From: Archangium sp.
Lineage (GTDB): Bacteria > Myxococcota > Myxococcia > Myxococcales > Myxococcaceae
Assembly (NCBI GenBank): GCA_031367385.1
Contig: JANLPS010000465.1
Span: 1-37,341, forward strand
Reading direction: 5' to 3'
Length of the DNA: 37,341 bases
The notes beneath the pieces were generated by a model. The model did no database searches. It was not told the origin of the DNA and saw only the letters and a program-made list of their open reading frames with translations. This document shows positions 26,284-37,341 of the stretch, in pieces. Each line of letters begins with the position of its first letter. Within the stretch, counting starts at the first letter, position 1. Made by a program: the position numbers and the translations under genes.

Positions 26284-27534
26284 ATGATCATTCACCTCGA
26301 CATGGACGCCTTCTACGCGTCGGTCGAGCAGCGAGACAACCCTGCCCTTGCTGGCAAACCGGTGATCGTCGGAGGCCACCCGACGCGTGGAGTCGTGTTG
26401 GCGGCCTCGTACGAGGTGCGGCCCTTCGGCGTTCGCAGCGCGATACCGATGCATCAGGCGATGCGCCTGGCCCCTCACGCCATCGTCGTCGCGCCGCGCT
26501 TTCATGCGTACGTCGAGGCCAGCGAACAGGTCTTTCGAATCTTCGAGCAATACACCCCTTTGATTGAGCCTCTCTCGCTCGACGAAGCGTTTCTCGATGT
26601 CACCGCCTCACAGGCGCTCTTTGGCACCGCGATGAACATTGCGACCGAGCTGCGGCGGCGCATTCGTGAAGAGACCGGGCTGCCCTGCTCGGCCGGCATC
26701 GCCGAGACCAAGTTCGTCGCGAAGATCGCCTCTGACTTTGGCAAGCCGAACGGTCAACACGAAGTAGCCGTGGGCACTTCGCGGGCCTTTCTGGCGCCGC
26801 TGCCGGTGTCTCGGCTGTGGGGCGTGGGGCCGAAGACCGACGAGGTGCTGCGCCGGGCCGGCCTGCTGACGATTGGAGACGTCGCTTCGCACGACGTCGG
26901 CTGGCTGACCGCTCGGCTCGGCTCACTCGGCCATCACCTCTGGGAGCTGAGCCAGGCCATCGACACCCGAGTCGTCGTGCCCGACCGCGACGCGAAGAGC
27001 ATCGGCGCGCAAGACACCTTCGAAGAAGATCTGCGCGGTGCTGAAGCGTTGACCAAGCACGTGCATTCGCAAGCCCTGCGGGTCGGCCGGCGGCTGCGGC
27101 GTTCGGGGCTCAAGACGCGCGCGGTGCAGCTGACGGTGAAGTTCGCTGACTTCACCCAGGTGACTCGGCGGCACACACTCGACGAGCGCACCGACGACGG
27201 GCAGACCCTGTACCGCGAGGCGATGAAGCTGCTCGAGACCCGCGTCGACCTCGGGCGAAAAATTCGGCTGACCGGCGTGTCGGCGAATGACCTGTCAGCG
27301 GGTGACGCGCAGCTCGGTCTCTTCGCCGAGGCCGGGCCGAAAAAGAACGACAAGCTCAACGCCGCCCTCGACAAAATCGCGAGCAAGTACGGCACCAAAG
27401 CCGTGGTCACGGCTGATCTGGTGACCGAGGCGACCGAAGACGAGGCGCCGCGAGACGGGTGGTACCGCGAAGACAAACCGACCGCCGCGACACCCAAGGG
27501 GCTCAGCGTCGAGCGAGACCCCGACGAAAACTAA
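26284..27534 (+). CDS. dinB: DNA polymerase IV (Y-family)
   Basis: IIHLDMDAFYASVE, SYEVRPFGVRSA, SLDEAFLD, KIASDFGKPNG and beta-clamp motif QLGLF. The start may be 26248. Confidence 0.95.
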   Translation: MIIHLDMDAFYASVEQRDNPALAGKPVIVGGHPTRGVVLAASYEVRPFGVRSAIPMHQAMRLAPHAIVVAPRFHAYVEASEQVFRIFEQYTPLIEPLSLDEAFLDVTASQALFGTAMNIATELRRRIREETGLPCSAGIAETKFVAKIASDFGKPNGQHEVAVGTSRAFLAPLPVSRLWGVGPKTDEVLRRAGLLTIGDVASHDVGWLTARLGSLGHHLWELSQAIDTRVVVPDRDAKSIGAQDTFEEDLRGAEALTKHVHSQALRVGRRLRRSGLKTRAVQLTVKFADFTQVTRRHTLDERTDDGQTLYREAMKLLETRVDLGRKIRLTGVSANDLSAGDAQLGLFAEAGPKKNDKLNAALDKIASKYGTKAVVTADLVTEATEDEAPRDGWYREDKPTAATPKGLSVERDPDEN

Positions 27535-27584
27535 AAAGGGGACAGGCTACTTTTCCCTACGAAAAAACCAGCCTGTCCCCTTTT
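27534..27584. repeat. REP-like palindrome, possible bidirectional terminator
   Basis: Perfect 15-bp inverted repeat AAAAGGGGACAGGCT (27534-27548) / AGCCTGTCCCCTTTT (27570-27584), with an inner TTTTC/GAAAA pair. Confidence 0.8.
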
Positions 27585-28486
27585 GCTGCGGGGGCCCAGA
27601 GCGACTCAACCCGGTAGCTCGGTACGGCACGCAACACATCGGTCGACGACGGCACCACGCTGAAGGCGACCTTGCGGCCACGGGCTCCCATCGAGAGCGC
27701 GCTGAAGAGTGAGATCAGCTCGGTGAGCAGCGGCACCTTCAGCGACTGCGCACGCCGGCGTCGCACCCGAGCGCCCCGCGGGCCGGTGGCGACGACTCTC
27801 CACAGGGAGGTGTGGGTGCCATGCGCCCGCGCCGCTGCCACGCACCGCAGCGTCACCTTCGCCACTTCACCGGGGCCAAGCTGCGTGACCACCCCGCTCG
27901 GCACCAGAATCGCGCGATTTGCTTCGTGCACATGCCCTTCAGGCACCAGGTCGAGGTGCACTGAGCGCGGAGCGTCAACGCAGTTTTGAAGCAGCATCTC
28001 AACGTCGACCGCCTCGGCTCCGGTGATGACCGCCGTGGCCGCGGCGGTGAACTGCACCCCGTGCACCTCATGAATCGCCGCGAGGTCGGTGCGCTCGAGC
28101 AAAATGTCGGGCCAGCGGCTGGTCGAGCGCTGATTCCACATGCGAAAGGCGATGCTGGCGACCCAGAACACCGCGCCGACGCCGGCGACCGTGAAGGCGA
28201 GCGCGCTCGGGTGTCGCAACCCAACCACCGCTGCGAAGGCGGCCGTCGAAGCGCCTATCCACGCGAGGTACTGGGTGGTCTCGAAGAGGTCGCGCTGCGC
28301 TTCGTACAACAGCCCTGCCACGATCACGCCGAGGCTGAGCCAAAGCACGATGGCACCCACCGAGCCGGGAGGTTGCGAATACCCAGCGTCAGAGAGCCCG
28401 ATGGCCGATAACGCACACGTGGCCAGCGAGATGGCCCACCAGGCCAGGCTCGAAATGAAGCGCGAGGGCGGTTCAGGCGTCGACAC
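27557..28486 (-). CDS. Hypothetical membrane protein (4 TM + soluble beta-rich C-terminal domain)
   Basis: Four hydrophobic segments, then VEMLLQNCVDAPRSV...LGPGEVAKV. The start is uncertain and the stop lies inside the palindrome. Confidence 0.65.
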   Translation of the reverse strand: MSTPEPPSRFISSLAWWAISLATCALSAIGLSDAGYSQPPGSVGAIVLWLSLGVIVAGLLYEAQRDLFETTQYLAWIGASTAAFAAVVGLRHPSALAFTVAGVGAVFWVASIAFRMWNQRSTSRWPDILLERTDLAAIHEVHGVQFTAAATAVITGAEAVDVEMLLQNCVDAPRSVHLDLVPEGHVHEANRAILVPSGVVTQLGPGEVAKVTLRCVAAARAHGTHTSLWRVVATGPRGARVRRRRAQSLKVPLLTELISLFSALSMGARGRKVAFSVVPSSTDVLRAVPSYRVESLWAPAAKGDRLVFS

Positions 28487-28533
28487 GAGCGCATTGATAA
28501 CAAACTGGCCTGCTGGGGGCCTCAAAAGGTCGT

Positions 28534-29946
28534 CTAGGGCACGAAGCCCAGCGTGCCCTCCTGCTGGTACCCGAAGCTGACGCATTCGCTGGCGGTGACG
28601 GTCTCGAGGTGACCGATGAGCGGGTTGAAGCACCGCAGCAAGGCCCGAGTCGCGCCTGCTGTCGGTTGATCTTCGACGAAGCCCATCGGGCCTTCGGCGA
28701 CCTGGCCTTCACAGCGCGAGTCCATCGAGGTGAAGTGGTCTCCATTGCCGGCGACAAAGCACCGGTAGAGGGGGTGCCGAGACGCGGCGTTCGACGTGAA
28801 GATGTCGAACAAAATGCCGTCTAAGACCCACACGCCACTCCCCTCGGTGCTCAGGCCTGATTCGAAGTGCATGCCGTTGGCGGTGTTGAAAAAACGATAC
28901 ATCGGCGCGAGGCCGGCCGCGGGTGACTCTGAGCCTGAGACCGGGCCGCTCCCAGGGTGAAACAGCCGATGGAGGGCCACCATCGAGGTTTTGACCTGTT
29001 CGAGGTTGCCGACGACGACGTAGGTGCGGAAGTTGTAGTTGCCCGGTGGGGTGTCATCGCGGCGAAAAACGGCGTTCCACTTCATCGTGTCACCCGGGAA
29101 GGCGAATCGGCCGTAGCCCAGGTTGCCCTGCGGCAAATCAGGCGAGTAGATGCCCATCGCGTGGGTCTGCTGGGGTGTCGACAAGATGACGGGCTGGGTC
29201 TGCTCGCCGGGCTCTTTGCTCAGCGTTTGAATGGCGTTTCGTTCAGGGTCGAATGCCCAAAACGAAGTGAAGTCGGCGGTCATGTAGCCCGTCAGCACTT
29301 CGAACACGGCGCTGGAGTGAGGCTCGGCGGTCTGGAACGTGACGAGATATTCGATGACATTCTCGAGGCCTGAGTAGCCGATCGTGACCTGCTTGCTGAT
29401 CAAGTCGTTCGAGAGGTCTGCCGTGTTCTGCGCGTGCACCTGCCCGCCCGGCCCGCCGCAGCCGCTCGGGTAGGGGTCTCCCGCCGGAGTCCAGAAGGCC
29501 ATTCGCACGGTGGTCGACAGCTGATTGCCTGAGGCACGAATGCCGAGCAACTGACTGGTCGAGGTCGAAAGGTCTCGCCTCGAGCCCGCCTCAGTCGGGT
29601 TCAGGCACTCGCCGTAGCCGTCGTAGGCCGAGGCCGACTGCAGCTCACGGCCGTGATCGAGGTCATTGATGAAGTCTTGCCCGCGCCACTGAAGAGACGA
29701 GATGGCGCCGGCGGTGCGCAGGCTCGTCGCGATCACCAGCGGCGAGCCGAAGACGTCAGCGCTGATCTGGTAGGTCTGCACGGCCGAGACGGCCGAGAGC
29801 GTCTTCGGCACTCTGGCAAAGGCCGATGATGCCTCTTCGGCCGCGGTGCGACTGACGGTGCCGGTTTGGGCGTCGCACCCAAGCATCGAGAGGGCCATCA
29901 GGGAGATCACGGCCTGAACCGGGGTACCGGAGAGCAAGGTCTTCAT
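28534..29946 (-). CDS. Lipoprotein with a putative carbohydrate-active beta-sandwich domain and C-terminal DUF5648-like repeats
   Basis: Lipobox MLGC; AGAISSLQWRGQDFINDLDHGRELQSA; three repeats PMYRFFN..HF, PLYRCFV..DHFTS..CEG..EG.MGF, ALLRCFNP..HL..EG.LGF. Confidence 0.75.
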   Translation of the reverse strand: MKTLLSGTPVQAVISLMALSMLGCDAQTGTVSRTAAEEASSAFARVPKTLSAVSAVQTYQISADVFGSPLVIATSLRTAGAISSLQWRGQDFINDLDHGRELQSASAYDGYGECLNPTEAGSRRDLSTSTSQLLGIRASGNQLSTTVRMAFWTPAGDPYPSGCGGPGGQVHAQNTADLSNDLISKQVTIGYSGLENVIEYLVTFQTAEPHSSAVFEVLTGYMTADFTSFWAFDPERNAIQTLSKEPGEQTQPVILSTPQQTHAMGIYSPDLPQGNLGYGRFAFPGDTMKWNAVFRRDDTPPGNYNFRTYVVVGNLEQVKTSMVALHRLFHPGSGPVSGSESPAAGLAPMYRFFNTANGMHFESGLSTEGSGVWVLDGILFDIFTSNAASRHPLYRCFVAGNGDHFTSMDSRCEGQVAEGPMGFVEDQPTAGATRALLRCFNPLIGHLETVTASECVSFGYQQEGTLGFVP

Positions 29947-30042
29947 TTTGGGCGGTCGAGTCTCGAGTGAAGAGGAGCCTTCACTCTCTTAGACACCTCT
30001 GCGAGACCACCGTCCCGTCTCCGGGGCACCAGCAGGTTCGAT

Positions 30043-30969
30043 TTACGACTGGTGCTTGCGAAACCACTCGATGGTGCTGGCCAAACCACGCTCCACGTCC
30101 CACTGGGGGACCCAGCGCAACGACTTGGTCGCCTTGCCATTCGCCAACACGCTGCGCCGCTGTTCGCCGACCTTGCCCTCGGCGTAGGTCGCCGGGCGGT
30201 CGATGCCCGAGGCCTTGGCCAGCTCTTTGTACAACTTGTTCAAGTCGGTCTCGACGCCGGTCGAGATGTTCACGCCGCCGCACAGCTCGCAGGTCAACGC
30301 CGCGACGTTCGCGTTCACGACGTCGTACACGAAGACGAAGTCACGGGTCTGCCCGCCATCACCGTAAATGGTGCAGCCTTTGCCGCCCAGCAGCCGGTCG
30401 GTGAAGATCGCCACCACGCCTGCTTCACCGTGCGGGTTCTGCCGGGGCCCGTAGACGTTCGCGTACCGCAACGCCACGTAGTGCACCCCGTACATCGCCC
30501 TGTAGGCCGCCAGGTAGATCTCGACCGTGGCCTTCGAGACGCCATAGGGAGAAACCGGAGCGACGGGCTCGGTCTCAGGCGTGGGCACGATCTGGCTGTC
30601 TCCGTACATCGAGCCGCCCGACGCCGCGTAGATGACTCGCTTGAGCGCCCCGCCCCGGCGCGCCGCTTCGAGGGCGTTGAGGGCTCCGCCGATGTTCACG
30701 TCGGCGTCGAGGCCAGGCTCGGTCACCGAGCGGCGAACGTCGATCTGTGCGGCGTGAAGATTGAGCACCTCGGGCTTGAACGCTTCGATCGCTTTGGCGG
30801 CTTCAGGCGAGCGCACGTCGGCGTGCACGAAGGTCGCCTTCGACGGTATCTGCGCCTTCACGCCCGACGAGAGGTCGTCGATGACCAGCACCTCGTGGCC
30901 ACCCTCGACGTACGCCTCGGCGACGTTCGAGCCGATGAACCCCGCTCCTCCGGTGACCGCGATCTTCAT
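30043..30969 (-). CDS. NAD-dependent epimerase/dehydratase (UDP-glucose 4-epimerase-like)
   Basis: [25 protein letters not shown] and [20 protein letters not shown]. Confidence 0.9.
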   Translation of the reverse strand: MKIAVTGGAGFIGSNVAEAYVEGGHEVLVIDDLSSGVKAQIPSKATFVHADVRSPEAAKAIEAFKPEVLNLHAAQIDVRRSVTEPGLDADVNIGGALNALEAARRGGALKRVIYAASGGSMYGDSQIVPTPETEPVAPVSPYGVSKATVEIYLAAYRAMYGVHYVALRYANVYGPRQNPHGEAGVVAIFTDRLLGGKGCTIYGDGGQTRDFVFVYDVVNANVAALTCELCGGVNISTGVETDLNKLYKELAKASGIDRPATYAEGKVGEQRRSVLANGKATKSLRWVPQWDVERGLASTIEWFRKHQS

Positions 30970-31984
30970 TGGAGGCCTCTGAGAACGGGGCCGACGGTCT
31001 CGTTGAGGCCCTGAGCAATGGTGTGCGTCGGCGCGTAGCCCAGTTGGGCCTTGGCGCGCTCGATGTTGGCCTGCGAATCACGAATGTCGCCGGGGCGCTC
31101 GGGGAGGTGGCGTGGCGGCAGGCCGCTGAGCTCTTTGCGGTTCAAGGCCAGCGCTGCCCGGTCGCGAATCAGCAGGTACAAGTCGTTCAGACTGGTGCGA
31201 TCTCCGACGGCGACGTTGTAGACGGTGTCGCTCACATTCGAACCTTGGGCCATGGCGGCACGCAGATTGGCCTGAACTGCGTTCGCGACGAAGCAAAAAT
31301 CTCGGCTGGTCTGCCCGTCGCCGTGAATCTCACAGCTTTCGCCCTTGGCCAGCGCCGCCAACCACCGGGGGATCACGGCCGCATACGCGCCATTGGGGTC
31401 TTGGCGGGGGCCGAACACATTGAAATAGCGCAAGCCAACCGTCTGCAACCCATAGGTGCGCTCGAACACGCCCGCGTAGACCTCGTTGATGTGTTTCGTC
31501 GCGGCGTAGGGCGAGAGCACTCGGCCGGTCTGCGACTCGACCTTGGGCAGCACGGGGTGGTCTCCGTACACCGAGCTCGATGAGGCGTAGACGAAGCGGG
31601 CGACCTTGGCATCACGCGCGGCCACCAGCATGTTGATGAAGCCGTCGACGTTGGCCCGGTGGGTCGCCAGCGGGTCTTTGATGCTGCGGGGCACCGAGCC
31701 GAGCGCCGCCTGGTGCAGCACGTATTTCACCGAGGTGCAGGCCCGGGCGCAGGTCGCGAGGTTGGTGATGTCGCCTTCGATGAAGGTGAAGCGCTCGGCG
31801 CCGCCGGTGCTCTTGATCACCGCGTCGATGTTCGCCCGGTGCCCGGTAGCGAAGTTATCGAGCGCCACCACCGTCTGCCCCGCGGTGAGCAACCGCTCGA
31901 CCAGGTGCGAGCCGATGAACCCGGCGGCTCCAGTGACGAGCCAGGTCGCCTGCTCTTCGGCCAATCGCGACTCGAGGCTCCACA

Positions 31985-31985
<1 letters not shown>
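30966..31985 (-). CDS. wbpP: UDP-GlcNAc(A) C4-epimerase, WbpP/TviC-like
   Basis: [53 protein letters not shown]. Confidence 0.88.
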
Positions 31986-33271
<1,286 letters not shown>

Positions 33272-33290
33272 GGAGACGGCTCCTGCAGGA

Positions 33291-33327
33291 GATGCTGCGC
33301 GTGTAGCAAAAAAAGACGCGCAGCGTC
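33291..33327 (-). promoter_or_regulatory. Inverted repeat in the leader of the wbpO-like operon
   Basis: GATGCTGCGCGT (33291-33302) / ACGCGCAGCGTC (33316-33327) flank a 13-nt loop that reads CTTTTTTTGCTAC on the minus strand. Confidence 0.45.
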
Positions 33328-33379
33328 ATGGCGAATCAGTGATCGCCAGCAGCCCCGAGATTCACCTGCAGATCGGCCT

Positions 33380-35047
33380 TCAGCCCCTCTTGATGTACCC
33401 GAGCGGAGGCCGCGTGTTGAGCCCTTTGCCCGCGGGGTCGATGCCGCTGAGCGAGAGCGCCGTCGAATAGACGTGCCCTGCGTCGGTGATCGCCGCGTTC
33501 GAGCTGGGAGTGCCCACCTTCAAGCCAGTCACCGGGTCATACGCGGGGTCGAGCGTGCCATCGGGCATCAGGGGTATGCCTTCGAGCGTGCTGGTGCCGA
33601 CGCGCCCGTATTGGGTGTTGCCCTTCACGGTGCCGCCCATGAAGACGACCGAGTTCACGTGCCAGTGCTGGCAGCAGTCTTGATCGAGAATCTTGCCGTA
33701 CTTGACGTCGTCGGGGTCGGCGGTGGCGAGCAAGGAGGCCACGTCGCCCTGAATGGTGCGGCCCATCTCCGAGACGAGCACGATGGTCGTGTAATCCCAA
33801 TACGTTTTGCCGCTGGTGCCGTACTGGGTGGTCTTGAGCTTCTTGACCAGCGTTTTGAGCGGAGACCACAGGTTGGTGGCGAGGTTGTTCTTCTGATCAG
33901 TCTGCCCGTCACCTTGCATGATCGAGCGGCGCTCCCGATGGGTGTCGAAGCCGCGAATCTCGCGATTCTCGATCCAAAAGCCGATCGACAGGCCTTTGGT
34001 CATCAGCTCGTAGGTCATCATCGCCTGCACGTTGGTGTTGGGCGTGTCTTTCGAGCGGGCCGGGTTGCCGTTGATCGACGCCGAGCTGGTCACCTCATCG
34101 CCGGGTTTGACGTCGAATTGGGCGCGCAAGGTGGGGTCGGTGAAGAGCGTGCTGGGGTTGACGGTGACGCCTGTGCCGCCGGTGAGCTGCTTGTAGACCT
34201 TCACCGCCGAGTCGAACGCCCGAATGGTCTCGCCCTGCTTGCCGGCGAGAAAATTCGAGTTGAGGTTGTCGACGAAGCTGCGAATTCGCTCGTTGCGCGC
34301 GCCGGCGGTCACCGTGGCCAGCGAGGCCAGGCGGGCCCGCATGTCGGTCGGCGTGCGGCCATACACGGTGTGCGCATACGCGGGGCCCAACTTCTCGTAG
34401 TAGCCGGTGCCCTCGGGGTAGTTCGACTCTTCGAGCTCTCCGTCAGAGAGAAACCGGTGCCAGCTCACATGCGCGATGGGAAACGCGGAGCCATATTGCT
34501 CGGCGAAGGCCTGCAGCACGGTTCGTTCGGTGGGTTTTCGAGCAGCGGTCATCGCCGCGTAGCTCTGGTACTTGCCGTAGTGGTAGTCCCACCGGCCGCC
34601 CGAGTGAAAGGTGTTGCCCGCGTGTGAGCTGACGATGGCCATGTCAGGCAGCAGCTCGGTCGCGTCATCGCCCAGGTACCCATACGTCAACGGCCCCTGC
34701 GTTCTCGGAGCGGCTGCGCTGCGCAGCGCCGGCCCGTACCCTTTGGGCCGATAGAATTGTGATGACCACGACGGCGAAGGGTTCAACGTGTTCGCGGGTA
34801 TGGTGAGCGCCGCGTGGTTCGGCGTGTCGAGGGGGCTGAAGAGCGAGTAGCTGTCCCACCCTCCCTCTTGAAACCAGTAGATCAAGAAGTGTGGCACGCC
34901 AGTGACCGCCGCCTGTGCCGCCGCTTCGGCGAAGCCCAGTGACTTCGAAGTGCCTGGCACGCCATAGCGCTGAAAGTAGCCGAGCCAGTCGAGCATGCTG
35001 ATCGCACCGCCGGCGGCCGAACCGGCGAGAAAGCTTCTTCGCTTCAT
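33380..35047 (-). CDS. Tat-exported DUF1501-like protein
   Basis: MKRRSFL Tat motif; WFQEGGWD; GFDTH; TTIVLVSEMGRT...HW...FMGGTVKG, a variant of the DUF1501 SEFGRT...DH...GG.V.G signature. Confidence 0.8.
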   Translation of the reverse strand: MKRRSFLAGSAAGGAISMLDWLGYFQRYGVPGTSKSLGFAEAAAQAAVTGVPHFLIYWFQEGGWDSYSLFSPLDTPNHAALTIPANTLNPSPSWSSQFYRPKGYGPALRSAAAPRTQGPLTYGYLGDDATELLPDMAIVSSHAGNTFHSGGRWDYHYGKYQSYAAMTAARKPTERTVLQAFAEQYGSAFPIAHVSWHRFLSDGELEESNYPEGTGYYEKLGPAYAHTVYGRTPTDMRARLASLATVTAGARNERIRSFVDNLNSNFLAGKQGETIRAFDSAVKVYKQLTGGTGVTVNPSTLFTDPTLRAQFDVKPGDEVTSSASINGNPARSKDTPNTNVQAMMTYELMTKGLSIGFWIENREIRGFDTHRERRSIMQGDGQTDQKNNLATNLWSPLKTLVKKLKTTQYGTSGKTYWDYTTIVLVSEMGRTIQGDVASLLATADPDDVKYGKILDQDCCQHWHVNSVVFMGGTVKGNTQYGRVGTSTLEGIPLMPDGTLDPAYDPVTGLKVGTPSSNAAITDAGHVYSTALSLSGIDPAGKGLNTRPPLGYIKRG

Positions 35048-37341
35048 TGCGCTTTCCTCTGAAAGGTCTCTGAGAGCGCGACCGTCTTGATGATCGCCTT
35101 CAAGTCACCGTGGCCGGTGACCGTCGTGTCCCACAGCTTCTTGTACAAGCCGCGCTCGTCTTCGGCGTGCCGCAGATCTCGGCCCATCAGCAGCTTGAAT
35201 TGCGCGTTGAGCATGCGGCGAATGAAGGCCTCTTTGTTGACCGCCTTGGTCGAGAACGACTCCATGCCGCGGCCTTTGTACGGGTAGGTCGGCACGAGCT
35301 CGCGATCGCTGTCGTCAATCGCAGCGCCCCGCGCGTCAACCTCTCGGTAGGTGCCATCGTCGGCCCACTTGCTGCGTTGATAGGCGAGCGGCGTGAGCAT
35401 TTGGTGGCACGAGAAACAGATGCTGGTCGGGTCGACGGTCGAGGCCGCGGTGGCCGTGCCGCGCTTGTCGAACACCTCGGGAGGCACCTCGAAGATGCTG
35501 CCCATGAACGCGCTCATCACCCGCGCCGGGTAATTGAAGTGCGGCAGGCCGGGTTTGCTGGCGAGGTAGCCTTTCATCGTGAGCACGCCGGTGTGGCCGT
35601 GCTCGGCGGGTCGCGGCTGCTTCTGGTACCGCTCGTCGATGGTGTAGTCGGCGGTCAGAATTTCAGAGAACGGGCGGCCATTCATGGCGATCCACGTCCA
35701 CAACCGGGCGGGCTCGTCTGAGACCGGAGTGCCCTGCGTCTCGATTCGCAGCTGAATGCGCCCGAAGTAGTACGTCTGAAACTCGGGGCTCGCGAGCAGC
35801 GAGTCGATGACCGGGCCCAGGCCCGCCTTGGTCAACGCATCGAGCTCAGCGGTCTTCGGAGGCCTCCCCACCAGGCTCTGGGTGAGCGACACCAGCAAGG
35901 CCCGGTCTTTCTCTGCCCCCGTGGCGGTGTCGGCGCTCGGCGGCAAAGTGAACAAGAAGTCGGGGTGGTGCACGAGCGCTTCGCAGACCCCTGCCCACGC
36001 GTCGGTGAGCGTGCCGAGGCCGGTGAGATCTTTGAGCAACGCGTAGGTGGTGGTCGCGTCGGTCGCGTTCGCCGGGCGAAAGAGCATGCGCTGGTAGAGC
36101 GTGTCGATGGTCGCCTTCGCGGCGGTCTCTCGAGCGGTACCCGTGGCGGTGCCAATCGGGCCGATGACCTTGAAGTTGTCGAACCAAATGTTGCGATCGC
36201 CATCGGTCGGCGACGAGGCATCGTTCACGAAGGAGACCGCGACCGTGGTCAACCCGGCCGTCGGTACGGTGAAGGTCAGCGTCTTGTCTTCGTAGGCAGC
36301 GGCGTTCGTGAAGTCGACGGTCTGGGCTGGAACGCCTCCGACCACCACCGAGACCGTCGGGTTGCCCGCCAGGTTTGGGTCTGCCTTTGCTCGCACGACG
36401 ACCTGGTAGGTGCCCGGCGCGGCGATGATCAAATCGGTGCTGAGTGCGCAGTTGGTGTAGCAAAAGAACCCCGCGGGGTTGGTGCTGAGCGACCCGACAC
36501 TGCCCGTTGGCGCCACGTTCTCGGCCTCGACGGTCTGGGTGCTCGCGGGGGGCGTGTCGATGATCGCCGCGGTCAGGTTGAGGCCCGCGAACGGCCCGGT
36601 GAGGCCCTTGCTGGCCACGCCGCAGACATCGGGCGCCAAGACATCGAGCCCCAATAAGAATTCGGGCGTCGCGGCGCGGGCCTCGACGAAGTTGGTCTTG
36701 AAGTTCACACCACCGAAGAGGCCGATGTTCTTGTCCCACTGGTCGACTCCGCCGCGCTGCCAGTCGTCTGCGAAGACCGCCTTCACTTTGCCCTTCACCT
36801 GCACGAAGTTGATGAAGGTGTTGTCGTAGTCGGTGCTCTTGACCCCGGTGTACGGCGTGAGCAGCTCGGGAGGGAATTGTTCGTCGGCCAGCGTGCCGCC
36901 GCTCTGCTCGTACGCGCGCACCATGCACGCGATCTTGCCGACCTCTTGCACCTGCTTCACCGACCACGGCGTCAGGCCCTTGGGCATCGCCGCCGCCGCA
37001 TCGTTTGACGCGAGGCGCGAGATGAGCGAGCCCGGTGCGTCGCCGAAGTAGCCGGCCGCGCGGGCCTTGTAGAACGTGTCGACGCCGCTCGAGGTCACGG
37101 TGAACAAGCGCTTGTTGTCGACCGCATGGCACGAGATGCAACCGCTCGCCGCGTCGAGCATGTCGGGGTGAACAGCCCTCGCGAACTCGTTGGCGATCTC
37201 GTCGATCTTCACGCCCGGGTACAGCGAGACGTCGCAGCTCACGTCGATGGGCCCGCGCGCTCCGAGGGGAGGCGCGTTCGATGCCAGGGTGATCAACCCC
37301 TCACACCCTGCCGTCATCACAAGCAGTGCGATCGCGACTCC
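35044..37341 (-). CDS. Di-heme c-type lipoprotein (DUF1585/1588-like) with an inserted carbohydrate-binding module; 5' end outside the window
   Basis: The frame is open to the window edge (GVAIALLVMTAGC lipobox). Heme motifs CISCH and CFSCH; VEAEN...FVND...DGDRNIWFD CBM-like segment; ATGA overlap with the DUF1501 gene. Confidence 0.8.
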   Translation of the reverse strand, partial: GVAIALLVMTAGCEGLITLASNAPPLGARGPIDVSCDVSLYPGVKIDEIANEFARAVHPDMLDAASGCISCHAVDNKRLFTVTSSGVDTFYKARAAGYFGDAPGSLISRLASNDAAAAMPKGLTPWSVKQVQEVGKIACMVRAYEQSGGTLADEQFPPELLTPYTGVKSTDYDNTFINFVQVKGKVKAVFADDWQRGGVDQWDKNIGLFGGVNFKTNFVEARAATPEFLLGLDVLAPDVCGVASKGLTGPFAGLNLTAAIIDTPPASTQTVEAENVAPTGSVGSLSTNPAGFFCYTNCALSTDLIIAAPGTYQVVVRAKADPNLAGNPTVSVVVGGVPAQTVDFTNAAAYEDKTLTFTVPTAGLTTVAVSFVNDASSPTDGDRNIWFDNFKVIGPIGTATGTARETAAKATIDTLYQRMLFRPANATDATTTYALLKDLTGLGTLTDAWAGVCEALVHHPDFLFTLPPSADTATGAEKDRALLVSLTQSLVGRPPKTAELDALTKAGLGPVIDSLLASPEFQTYYFGRIQLRIETQGTPVSDEPARLWTWIAMNGRPFSEILTADYTIDERYQKQPRPAEHGHTGVLTMKGYLASKPGLPHFNYPARVMSAFMGSIFEVPPEVFDKRGTATAASTVDPTSICFSCHQMLTPLAYQRSKWADDGTYREVDARGAAIDDSDRELVPTYPYKGRGMESFSTKAVNKEAFIRRMLNAQFKLLMGRDLRHAEDERGLYKKLWDTTVTGHGDLKAIIKTVALSETFQRKAQ

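Overview
This 37 kb window is GC-rich and densely coding. Its gene content fits a myxobacterial (Myxococcota-like) chromosome; this is inferred from eukaryotic-like Ser/Thr kinases, a WGR/TIGR02996/LRR protein, Cys-rich lipoproteins and a uppS-cdsA-rseP cluster lacking dxr. Core genes are prfC, uppS, cdsA, rseP, a RluA-family pseudouridine synthase, dinB and an FMN-binding glutamate synthase-family gene. There are two surface-glycan precursor modules. One has an NTP_transf_5-like gene, ugd, a UbiA/DPPR-synthase-like gene and a divergent GT2-methyltransferase fusion; the other has wbpO/tviB-, wbpP/tviC- and galE-like genes. Many uncharacterised exported proteins are present, including two c-type heme lipoproteins and a Tat-exported DUF1501-like partner. 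I found no tRNA, rRNA, CRISPR array or transposase. Signals the ORF track does not explain include: a membrane kinase split by a 1-nt frameshift; two different REP-like palindromes, one of which shares a 17-nt arm found in-frame inside the glutamate synthase gene; a degenerate 83-bp tandem repeat with hairpins; a DoxX-like gene remnant; a sigma54-type promoter; and two adjacent enzymes with degenerate catalytic motifs. All family assignments come from recognising motifs by eye, not from database searches.
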